Shown here: piece after piece, positions 1 through 22,301 of the stretch
Layout: every line of letters begins with the position of its first letter
Numbering within the stretch: position 1 is the stretch's first letter
The notes under the pieces: model-generated
The model's database searches: none
Told to the model about the DNA's origin: nothing
Seen by the model: the letters and a program-made list of their open reading frames with translations, nothing else
Made by a program: the position numbers and the translations under genes
Assembly: GCA_002269645.1 (NCBI GenBank)
Contig: NIVC01001254.1
Coordinates: forward strand, 1 to 60,438
Direction of reading: 5' to 3'
Length of the DNA stretch: 60,438 bases
Source of the DNA: Macrostomum lignano
Lineage: Eukaryota

Positions 1-397
1 ACTTTGCAATTCAAACATTATTTATCAGTTTTTAGCTTTACAAAAACTACTGAAAACATTAACTTAGCAAAAACACACAACTACAGTACAATTTATTTGC
101 CTTCTGACGACAGCTCTCAGAGCAGAACTTACCCATAATTTATTGACATGAATGTGTGCTGATCGTGTCCTCAGGTAACCATGGGTTTTTCTGGCCATTT
201 TTGTTGAAGCAAATGATTTGTGACTCTTGAAAAATGTGTACTTCGCAATCTTAAAGCGCCTGGATAGACAATTCAAGCTTGAGTTGTCTTGTTTGGTTCG
301 CAACGTTCTCGGAGAGATTCCACTCTCATTAATCTGATATTTCCAAAAACTCGAGGAGTGTTCACAGCCTCTCCTTGAAATCAACACCCTCCCAGAT

Positions 398-760
398 AGT
401 TTCACACCCTCCTCCAGTAGTTTCAAAATCTTCCCAATAGTTTTACACTCTCTGATAGTTTCACACCCTCCCTGATAGTTTCACACCCCCCATGATAGTT
501 TCACAACCTCCCTGATAGTTTCACACCCTCCCTGATGGTTCCCACCCTCCCTGATAGTTTCACAACCTCCCTGATAGTTTCACACCCTGCATGATAGTTT
601 CACACCCTCTCAGATAGTTTCACACCCTCCATGATAGCTTCACACCCTCCATGATAGCTTCACACCCTCCATGATAGCTTCACACCCTCCATGATGATTT
701 CACACCCTCCCTGATGGTTTCACACCCTCCCTGATAGTTTCACACCCTCCCTGATAGTTA
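398..760. repeat. 20-bp minisatellite (TTTCACACCCTCCCTGATAG)n
   Basis: Direct tandem copies with minor variants visible in sequence. Confidence 0.95.
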
Positions 761-2310
761 ATCTGTTTTGGATTTTTCGGCTTTTTTTCCAAAATTTAGA
801 CAGTAAATGAATATAACTGTAAGATAGATTAATGCATTACTTTTTGTGACAAAAAATCAGCCAGTAGATTATAACAAAACCGTCAGATAGGCTGACAAAC
901 CCGAGAGCTGCAGTTCCTTCTCGACACTCCCTAGTCTGCAAGTTACAGCCTATCCCATGATTTCCATCTAGGGGCCTAATTAGTCAGGCTCGACTCGATC
1001 AAGCAGGTAAAAATCTGATAAAAAGGGCAGCTGAGAATTTGCAACATGCCGTGATGTTGATTGGGGAGTCGATGAGGGGCAGCCTTCTAGGACAGGTGCA
1101 ACCATCTGACCGAATAAAAAGTCAGAGAGTTTATTTCCTTTGACGAGGAGCTCGTGTTTACAACATTGATCCCGAGCCGAGGGGGGATGTTTTCGACTTT
1201 GAAGTTGATATCTAAGAAAAGCATATCCAGAAAAATACGCGACTGTTTTAATCTGCTTAGGCATCGAATTGCCTCGCCGCCCGTGCTAAGCCTGGATTAA
1301 CGTCTGTTTGGGACGAATTGAATTTGAAAGCCTAATATCCTGTCCCCGGGATACACAAGACTAGAGATGACATGCTGGTATCAGTTCCGTCAACACAGAG
1401 CGTCATCAAAATCCACTGAAATCTGGTACTGATTTTCAAACGGTTCGAACTGTTTGTGCTGACAAATATTCAGCTGAGGAGTGCCCTGTGCAGACAGAAA
1501 ATAAATGAAAATTGCGCCATCGATATAATTAAGCATGTGGACTGTTGTGGGCTGCCGCCCTAGCCGATTGACTTGAAGGCATCCGTAGCCGCTTGATTGA
1601 TTGATGAGCTGCTTACGTGTAACACCAGGTGACACAGTTCCAGGCTTAGTTTGACTGGATGCAAAAAAACTGTGTATTCTATTGCACTCATGGCAGAAAA
1701 ATATAGTAGATGTATGCAGAGAGAGGGCCAGGAGGTCAGACATTGGGGGGAGGGAGGCTGAAAAAGCTGAGGGGTAGCTTATAGATAGCCCACACCTGGT
1801 TTATGGGAGTTAGTCTTTGGCAGGCTAATAATATTATTAGTTGGATGCAGAACTCAGGCACAAAGCATCCACCCCAAAATTGAGTAGCCGCTGGGTCAAT
1901 ATCCACCTAATTGATCTCGCCAAGGTTAGGAATAGAAACCCATATAGCGTTGGAGACAGGGAATGACTGAGTAAGCAGCTCATAAAGAGTTACATTTCAT
2001 AATGTTCCAGCGAAATAACACAATCTGCTGTTTTTTGAGCACTGCATGGATTGCTTGGGCTCATCCATTTTGCTCAGAAAGAGGACAGGAGAGTGCAGCA
2101 GCTTCCGGACCAGCTCAGTTCAGGCTCATAGTTAACTATCTTTTGCAAATGGAGAACATTACTTCACTTCCTATTGAGAGTATTTGTTTTGACCAGTCTA
2201 TCTTTGCTAATAGATGCATTCTGTCAATTTGACCTTATTTAGATGGCTGCTTCTAACAAAACTTTAGGTATTAGTTTAGGGCCTTGCACTGAAGCCCTGT
2301 TCTCTAACAT

Positions 2311-2660
2311 ATGCCAGATTATGCCAGACTATGTCAGACTATGCCAGACTATGGCCAGACTATGGCCAGACTATGCCAGACTATGGCCAGACTATGCCAG
2401 ATTATGCCAGACTATGCCAGACTATGGCCAGACTATGCCAGACTATGCCAGACTATGGCCAGACTATGTCAGACTATGCCAGACTATGGCCAGACTATGC
2501 CAGATTATGCCAGACTATGGCCAGACTATGGCCAGACTATGCCAGATTATGCCAGACTATGCCAGACTATGCCAGACTATGCCAGACTATGCCAGACTAT
2601 GCCAGACTAGGCCAGATTATGGCCAGATTATGCCAGACTATGCCAGACTATGCCAGGCTA
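2311..2660. repeat. 10/11-bp minisatellite (ACTATGCCAG / ACTATGGCCAG)n
   Basis: Tandem array; explains the MPDYARL-type ORFs in all three + frames. Confidence 0.95.
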
Positions 2661-3328
2661 TTCTATATATGAACGAAAAGATTTGCACTACAAAAATACC
2701 ATGTTCAAACATTTTGAAATGTAACGCTGCATATTTTTTGCTTTCCAGCAAGTCTTTAAAAAAGTGCTTTGGAAGAATAATTGCCATAAAAGTCCCGAAC
2801 CGAATGAGACTTCGTCAATTTGATGTGCTGTTTGAAAATTTTAGATCCACGACCGAAAACTTCATGATCTTTGTAATTAACTTGTCCAGTTTGACTCCCC
2901 CCCCCAGCCATGAACCAATAGCAGCAAGGAGCATTCGTGTAAACTACGAGTTGTTATTCACTAAGCCAGCATCAAATTTCGCGTCGGCAAAACTGTCAAA
3001 AACACGCAGATTCATTTGCTCTTTGATGATGATGAGTATTATTCGAAATTTGCAGTGTTGTCGGACCCGTTGAGCCGTAATAATTATCCTAGACAAGGTG
3101 AATGACTAATTGAACAGGCATTGGTTTATCCTTCCTGCCTCAGCCATCTCAGTCGCTGGTTGGTCCAGTTTCTCGGCCAGCCAACCAGAGTCCTTGTACA
3201 CCCGTGCCTGCTTCCGAGACTCCCCCCGACGAAGGGGGGCAATCGCCCTATACAAAAGAGCAGCCCAGATAAAAAATAACGGAAAAAATCGCCAAAACGG
3301 AAATCAATCACAACCAGATCAAATCGAC

Positions 3329-3777
3329 ATGATGATGCTCAACGCTACCTCTTCAATTAGATTCCAACAGCAGCTGCAGCCTCCGCCGCCTCAGCCTCCG
3401 TCGTGCGCCATCTGTCGAACGGTTGGCGCCTCCCAGCACTACGGTGTGCTGACCTGCTCCGCCTGCATGAACTTCTTCCGTCGAACCGTAACCGAGAACC
3501 TCAAGTACCACTGCCTGGACGGAGGCTCGTGCATCGTGGCCGGCGCGGAGAACCGCACCAAGTGTCGCCAGTGCCGATGGACTCGCTGCCTGCAAATGGG
3601 CATGAAGCCGGAGTGCATCGGCGGGCCCGCAGCAGCACCATCACAGCTTGTCAACGGCGTCATCCTCCAGTTTGATATCACAGCAGCAGCTGCTGCACAT
3701 CAGCCATCACCACCGGCCTCATCATCAGCGACAGAATCTGCGCAGCGGTTTCGACTTTCAAGAGTTCGCTCCTCCTC

Positions 3778-3811
<34 letters not shown>

Positions 3812-4548
3812 TCCACCGATGTCGCTCGGGCATGTCACAGGGGTGCAGCCGCAGTCCAAGCAGCCGGAGCGCGACTGCTATCCATCCGAGCAGCTGTGCT
3901 CTGATCCCTACCTGTACCACCTGTCCAGCATTGACATTCGCTCGCTGCGCCCCGCCTCGTCGAATCAGTTCTCCGCCGCGGCGGCCGTCTCAGCCTCCGA
4001 GAGTGCAACTCGACTCTACGTTGACACCTGGCTGGGCCTAATTGACGCCTTCGTTGCCGAGCTGATCCGCTGGTGCAAGGACCTGTCCGGATTCTGCAAC
4101 CTGCGCTCCGCCGATCAGTCAACGCTGATCCGAGCAAACGGCACCAAACTGCTGTGCCTGCAGGTGCTGTGCAACTCGCTGCCGTACCAGGGCCGGCTGA
4201 AGATTTGCTCAGGCATGAGTCTGCGCCAGTTCGACTCCGGCTTCTGCTCGCGCCGCCTGTTCAAACGCCTCGTGGCCGTGTGCCAGTTCGCCACCGACAT
4301 GGGGCTGCGGTACGCCGAGCTGCTGCTGCTGCGCCCCATCTTCCTGCTGGATCCGCCGGAGCACCTGCAATGGGCTAGCCTCAGCCAGGTGCGCGAGCTT
4401 CAATCTGGCTTTCTGGCCAGCTGGCCCGGGTCTGTCCCAGCCCGCCCGGCGGGAGCAGATGCTCATGCTAAACAAAGAACTGGAGGAATGCTGGCGACTC
4501 ATCCTTGAACACCTGGAGGCTCTGATAACTCCCGGAAGTTCAACCTGA
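3329..4548 (+). CDS. Nuclear hormone receptor (C4 zinc-finger DBD + LBD), apparently intronless, reading frame broken at about 3720-3900 and about 4420-4445
   Basis: ATG 3329 frame gives CAICRTVGASQHYGVLTCSACMNFFRR...CLDGGSC...CRQCRWTRCLQMGM (two C4 fingers). ORF 3648-4508 frame gives LBD signature WCKDLSGFCNLRSADQSTLI and LRYAELLLLRPIFLLDP. A third frame gives a C-terminal helix REQMLMLNKELEECWRLILEHLEAL ending TGA 4546-4548. Could be assembly indels or a pseudogene. Confidence 0.9.
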
Positions 4549-6529
4549 TTGTGACGTAGACTTTATTAAACTAGATTGGACATTAGTTCCGCCGAGAGCC
4601 CGCAAACAGTTGGAACAGGGCAGGCGAAATAACTAAGCATTATTGCGTATAACTATAGCTCGCATTGCTATTAAACGAATAAATTTCTGCAACGTGCGTC
4701 TCGTTTCTGTGTTGCCAGTAAAAATTCTCAAGCTATGCTTTAAACTATCGCAAATCAGCCCCTCCCTGACTGTGTATGAATCAACATTCCACATGCGTAA
4801 CAATAATAAATTAATTTTTAATTAGCTTTCATTTATTTGATTAAGCAAATTTTGCCATTGCGTGAAATTGTTGTCTTTAAATACAAAAACTGTGGATTCG
4901 TCCCGTCTTGTAAAGTTCAGGTCTAACGACCGGCTTGGGAGTTTTTCTCTATCAAAATTGAGCTCTGCAAGACTGCTCAATACAGGCAGTAGTTATGCTT
5001 GCAGGTTATGAGCAGAGCGGGCAGGGGGAAGGGGATTGAAATTGTCTGACCTTGTATCTGTGTACGGTCGCATCATTCCCTCCCATACTTGCTCCTCTCG
5101 TCTCTGCCCCTGCCAGTCAACCCCGTATCTGTTAAGCTCATGCGAACAGGAAGGCGTGTGTTGCAGCCGCCACCGAGGCAGAAGCATGTTTATGTTACGC
5201 TGCTCAAAGTCGCTTACCCATCCAGCGCCAGGGTCTAGCAGCATACACTTCTAATTGTAACTGCTCGCGTAGTGAGTTTCTTCAGTTCCCCTGTGCCCAA
5301 ACTCGGTCCCCAATGCTTTTAAGGGAATCAGATTTTGGTCAGCCCGCCTGCTCCACCCGAGTCTCAAACCCCTTCTTTCTCAGGATTAAAATCCCTCAGA
5401 GGCTTTATTTTCCAAAAAGATTTTCTCGTCTCATTCTGTGTTTTTCTTCTCTTGGTACTTCTCTCTCCTCCTTCCTCTATGTGGCACCGTTCTTTTGGCT
5501 TTATTAGGGCTTGCGAGAATTGTTGTGTCTCCAAGGCCGACTCTCATTAATTAGTTGCAGCGTAAATTCTCCCGCCCGGATCGGGGTGGCTGTGAGTTGC
5601 TGGGCTTTCAAAAATAAAGCTTTTTTGTTTTCTTTCCCGGCTTCAGCTGTGGCCTCAGTCCCCTCATCTTGACCGCTTCCAAGTCAGAAGTCAGTTATGA
5701 ATTTTTATCCAAGAATAATGCAGGGCTTCCTGAGAAAACTAATTTTGTCGCGTTTTGAGTTTCAACTTGGCATTTTTTTGAAAACGCGACAACAACAGAG
5801 GGGGTGTTTTCTGTACTTTTCCTGCAATTTGGCAGCGTGACTTTCTTCTTAACAAGTTTTTGTCACACAAAAAATTCATCGCGGTAAAAGTGCATACAGA
5901 CTAGCGAGGAACAGATGGGTCCGTGTTACGTGGCGTGTTTTTATTTGAAAATCATATTTTGTACTCACGGGGTTTTTGCTCTCCACTTGTCTGTCCATCC
6001 TGCTTCACCCCTTTATAGTGTGTTTTTTGCATTTTTCCTGCTTCTAGGAGAGATGCAGGGCGGAACACGTGGTGACTGAGGGCTGCAGTTGGATGCACAC
6101 TTAAGTCCAGTTCAAGAACGCTATTGTTCACACCACAGACATTAAGGCATCAATTATAAATTTGCGTAGACTGGGGCTTGAAGAAAAAAGTTTGCACTTC
6201 TCAGCTCTTCTATTGATTTAGCAACTCAGGCACACACGCAACACTTTGCTTTTAAAGTGTCCCGCTAGGCTAAAAACACCTGAGCTCTCAGGTCAGTAAT
6301 AAACTTGTTTTTCCCTTACTAATTATATGCGATCGGGTATAATTAAAGCCATCCCATCGATTCACAAAATTACAGAAGATCCTGATTATCGAGGGGTGTG
6401 CAAATAATAAAAATTTACCTGTAGCACCTGTGGCTCACATTTGTTCACACCTGAATTAGAAGCCTTTAGGTGCTATTTTTTCTGAGCCTCTGCCCTACGG
6501 CTCTTTTTGACTGTTGGGTGTCCACTAAA

Positions 6530-6850
6530 CTAGCAATATCTGGTTATCTGGGGGATGCTTGCTGTCTGGGGGATGCTTGCTATTTGGGGGATGCTTGCTA
6601 TTTGGGGGATGTTTGCTATTTGGGGGATACTTGCTATTTGGGGGAACGCTGGTTATCTTTGTGAAGGTTTTATTTTGTTGTGTACTTTTATGAAAAAACG
6701 ATTCATAGCAAACATATTTGTCCGTGACAATTATACTCGAATAAGTTTATTTATAAAACTGAAGAAGGAATACGTTCTTAAGAAAATGTGCCTTTTTAAT
6801 TTTTGCTTCTTGCTTATTGGCCGCCCCGAAGGGGGGCACTAGATTGCTAG
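6530..6850 (+). mobile_element. 3' portion of a non-autonomous Helitron-like element (GATGCTTGCTAT-type repeats, GC hairpin, CTAG end)
   Basis: Ends GCCCCGAAGGGGGGC-ACTAGATTG-CTAG (6847-6850), nearly identical to the end of the element at 10144 on the - strand. It carries the same GGGGGATGCTTGCTAT repeat. 5' boundary uncertain. Confidence 0.7.
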
Positions 6851-7130
6851 TCAGATATACTGAATTTTCGATTGTTTAGGACGAAACAACTTAAAGAATT
6901 TCAGTCATGAAATTTGTGAAATTTCATTAGTAACGTCATAGTCTAAATGAAGTTTCTGGTAACTTCTTACTGAGCAGCAGCTACCGCACCTAACGAAACA
7001 AGTACAAATAAGTGATATAAACTTAGCAGTGAGAAGGAGACAGATGAGAGTTTCTAAACATCGGAGAACGCCGGACACTAGATGCTAAGCGGCGCTCTTC
7101 AAGTTTACTGACTGTGCTTCGCTAACTAAG
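6851..7130 (+). mobile_element. Probable 5' end of a second Helitron-like element abutting the previous CTAG
   Basis: Begins TCAGATATACTGAA immediately after CTAG, similar to TCCTATATACTAAA / TCCAATATACTAAA starts at 17274 and 13817. Right boundary is a guess. Confidence 0.45.
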
Positions 7131-7304
7131 CTATAAGTTTTACTCAGCCCACTTAGTGCCTGCACCTGTTGGTTAATCCGCTGTAGCCAAGCGTTAAACT
7201 AATCTAAAAGAAACAGGGGTATTTCCTGGGCAGCTGTAATCTTTAGGTTACTGTAATAACAGACTCTGTTTTAATTCCAGTCACAGCTCAGTTTTCCACT
7301 TCTG

Positions 7305-18942
<11,638 letters not shown>

Positions 18943-19104
18943 GCTTGAGATTTTCAACTTTCAATCACTCGTTAGAGAAACAAACTGTCGGTAAAGACGC
19001 CCCCGAAAAACAAGTTTTGAGATGAGGAGTGCTAGTTTCTTTCTCTTGCAACTAGACTTTTATAGTTTCTGCTCTGGGGGGGGTGCAAAAGAATTCGATC
19101 CAGT

Positions 19105-19119
19105 GTCTCCCATGGCAAC
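19105..19119. promoter_or_regulatory. RFX X-box-like motif upstream of the cyclase start
   Basis: GTCTCCCATGGCAAC fits GTNRCC-N0-3-RGYAAC with one mismatch, about 165 bp upstream of ATG 18942. Confidence 0.4.
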
Positions 19120-20964
19120 CGCGGCATGCACCAACCAGTTCTCATCAGTGGTGTTGAAGTCTCTGCAGCAATGGGACTTAGGAATTAATTGGCGGCATTG
19201 AAATGAATGGCGGCAGTCGGTAACGCGGCTTGAAGCTAATTACAACAGAGCCCCACGAACGTCCCCAAACTAAACTAACTACAGGATATGATTCGCTTTT
19301 TAATGAGACTGAGCTATGTAAGTTTGGGGATGTTTTGGGGAGTATTTTGACAGCCGTCCATGCGTTTCAAAGCATGGGTTTGATTCGGTAGCCCAGTGCT
19401 CATTAGAAAGTCACTTTGTGGGTATGAAAAAAACGCAAAAAATCATCATTCATCTCCTTTTTTGCTTCCATTTGGTCGAGTCCTGCAATCTGGTTGCACA
19501 ATGCCTTTCCAACTCCTGCTCACTTGCATAAAGTACTTTGCTAGCACGCTCCAGTTTATCTCTGTTCAAAACAACATGCAGCAGTCTACGGTACAGGCGT
19601 AATTTCAACGCTGCAACTTCCCTATTGATTGGCGCAGGTGCTTGAATGTCTGGCTAAGGATATGAATCAAAGAGAGTCAATAAAGAAAGCTTTTATTTGA
19701 CAAAGTCAATGTTAGAGATGGGGCTGGGAATTGAGCTTGGGCCACAATTGAAAGAGTCGTGGAAAGGAGTTGATGCCTTGCGGAAAGTCTGAAAAAGCAG
19801 AAAGAGTATCGCTCTCAAAGAAATGCATTTAGAAGAAGATAAGATAGAAAGGGCAATATAGTGAATAGGGTGTAAGTAGAATAGGTGAAAATGGAAAACC
19901 AATTATGGATCAAAGAGACGTTCAAGGACACTTAGAAGCAGCTGAGTTGATTGCTTTTCTGAGCTAATCAGCGCAGTTCAAGGAGTAGAAGGAAATGAGA
20001 TTCAAAATGTCTGGCTTCTGTAGGGCGTTGCAAAGTTCTTGACAAGGAAAATATGGCTACTTGGAATGAGCGAATGAGCGACAGTACAAAGGCCCTTATT
20101 GTAGCGTCAGGCTGGCAGTGAACTGATGATGCCAGGGTTCCGACAGCTTTCTGTATCGGTAAATACAGGGACAGGAATAATCTGGAAGAGAAACACAGTG
20201 TAGCACAGTGTTTGCGGCTGTCAACGTATCCGATGACGATGTTTGAGGCTGCGTGACTATCAGGCTGGAGTAAATGAAATGCGCACAGCTGATTCTGGGG
20301 GAGAGTTGTCAAATCGCAGCTGGAGGTCGGGCTTGTCCTTTCGTTATTGAGTTCATATTCGTGTGCTTCAGTTTGACTGAGGCGCCCTCCAGAATGGACT
20401 AGAGAGCTATTGGGGTAATAGAGTGGCTGGTTTATGAATTGCTCAAGATATTCTTCTCTCTTTATTTTGCTGTCTCTGGTCTGACGGTGTTTTGTGTACA
20501 CAGCAGTGGGCAACGGGGCGTCTCAGGGTGTGACAATGCACCCTGCCGAGAGGCGGGGTGGACAGTAGAGTGAAAGAGAGGAAGAGGGCGCTGGATGGCT
20601 CTTGAGGGGTGGTGGCACAGTGGACGGCACACACAGTCAGACCGTTCCAGTCTTCTAGACAGGGGGGGTTGCGGCGACAGGAGTTTGGTGCGGTTGCTGG
20701 CGGGGTAAGCAGACAGCCAAGCTATCAAATTGCCGAAGAGAAGAAAGCAAAGCTTATTATTGTAACTCTTACTGAATAAGAGGGAAAGAAAAGGACTAGA
20801 GATCTCGGTAAGAGAGCGGTAGAGGAGCGAGGGCTTTTCTGTTGCCAAGGCTGCAACTTTGAGTGATATAGCGCTTATGAACTGAAAGCTGCTTTGAGAA
20901 AGAGAATCTCGAAGAAGTATTGACTTTGGCACGTTAATCCTACCGCCCGGAGAACAACAGCAAT

Positions 20965-21518
20965 ATGGATAAGGCAAGTGTACACTCTGAAGAGGACACT
21001 CTTGCGCCTATGCAGACTGTTCAACCACCGCGTGGACCAGCTGGTGGTGCCAGGCGCGGCACGTTGATGGGCCCGAGAAAGTCCATCGCGGTGGGCCTGC
21101 TTGGCCGCTCCTCCGTGTGGACGCTCGGTCGCAAGAGTAAAGCGCAGGACGTGAAACTGGAGAACACTTACCGGATGCAGCCTAAGGATGAAGAACGCCT
21201 GATGTCCTACCGTCTTCGCCCGACTATACAGGAAGCCCTGGAGGAATGCCTGGCAAGCTACAGCTACAGCGAGGCTACTGCTGGCAAGAAGGTTTGCGAG
21301 GTCGCCCAGATCATCCGCGACCGGGTCAAGGACGCCGGCTTCTTGCGCTACAAGCTGGTGGTGCAGGTCCAGCTACTACAGCGCCGCCAGACCTGTCAAT
21401 CACCGTCGGCAGCCGGGCTGTCTGGTCGGCGGAAGTCGGCGACACCTGTCTGGAGGTGAAGTACAACACGAAATCAGTGCGAGCGTTGGCCACTGTGCAC
21501 GCGTTTTACTTTGAGTAA
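20965..21518 (+). CDS. TCTEX1D: Tctex1-domain dynein light chain (TCTEX1D/TCTE3-like), one frameshift near 21385-21395
   Basis: KLENTYRMQP...RYKLVVQV in ORF 20965-21459 continues in ORF 21246-21518 as DLSITVGSRAVW...DTCLEVKYNTKSVRALATVHAFYFE*, the typical Tctex1 C-terminus. One extra base would join them. Confidence 0.88.
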
Positions 21519-22301
21519 GAGAGTATCGCTGAGCCGCTTACTTTAACATTGTCTCTTTGCCATAAGTTGGACAGTCCTATCGCCTACGAAAATGAGCTAT
21601 CCGCGTTTTAAGTTTCACTGCCGATTTAAAGTTATTTAGATCCCTTTTTTACAAATTTTCTGTATTGCTTCTGCTGTCCTTGGGCACGGTTAAACTTATT
21701 AATAATATACAAGCTCTGCGCGTAATAGACTGATATAGAGGTAATATATGTGCCACGTTTGTATTTCACAGAGACCGCCTATTTTGTTACGCGCTTAAAA
21801 TTATCGAGTTACGACTTATCTGATTTATTTTAGGTTCGATGACATTTTTCCGACAGTAAAGCCGCTTTTCTCGTGCATTGTGCTCCCAGTTAGCTCTCTT
21901 GAGTCTATTGTATCTGCAGCAAGCAAAATAACAAGCAATAACGATAGAATTGTAAGCATATTTTGCTCAGTCCTTATTTCTTTTGTGACATTTTTGAGTA
22001 CGCTAGCAATTGGAGCATGAATGCTGGGATTAGATTTACAAATTTTTTGTGTATTAATATGGCAGAGAATTTTCTCTAACTATATAGTGAATTGGTACGG
22101 CTATGATACATTAAAAATGGGAGAGCATTTTAAAAAGAGATTAGCAGCGGCGCTGTTAAAGGAATATCAATAGAACAATGCGAATGCAGATGAAAATACG
22201 AGCTTAGAAGTCAGAGATACGAGTATTCAACATTACTAAATTATTATACAAGAGCAATCAGGTGAAACATCAATTTTCCTGTTGGCTATTGCAAAAATTC
22301 A

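Noticed and set aside
64-1743. Minus-strand ORFs and exon-like pieces near the left edge (for example DINFKVENIPPRLG...)
   Set aside because: Could not be joined into a consistent frame or recognised; insufficient support.
19968-20977. Minus-strand ORFs of 181 and 171 aa between the cyclase and Tctex genes
   Set aside because: No recognisable motif or convincing splice structure; may be UTR or promoter sequence. Cannot be excluded without RNA data.
21380-21400. Programmed ribosomal frameshifting in the Tctex or NHR genes
   Set aside because: No slippery heptamer or downstream structure seen; single-base assembly errors in GC runs are more parsimonious.
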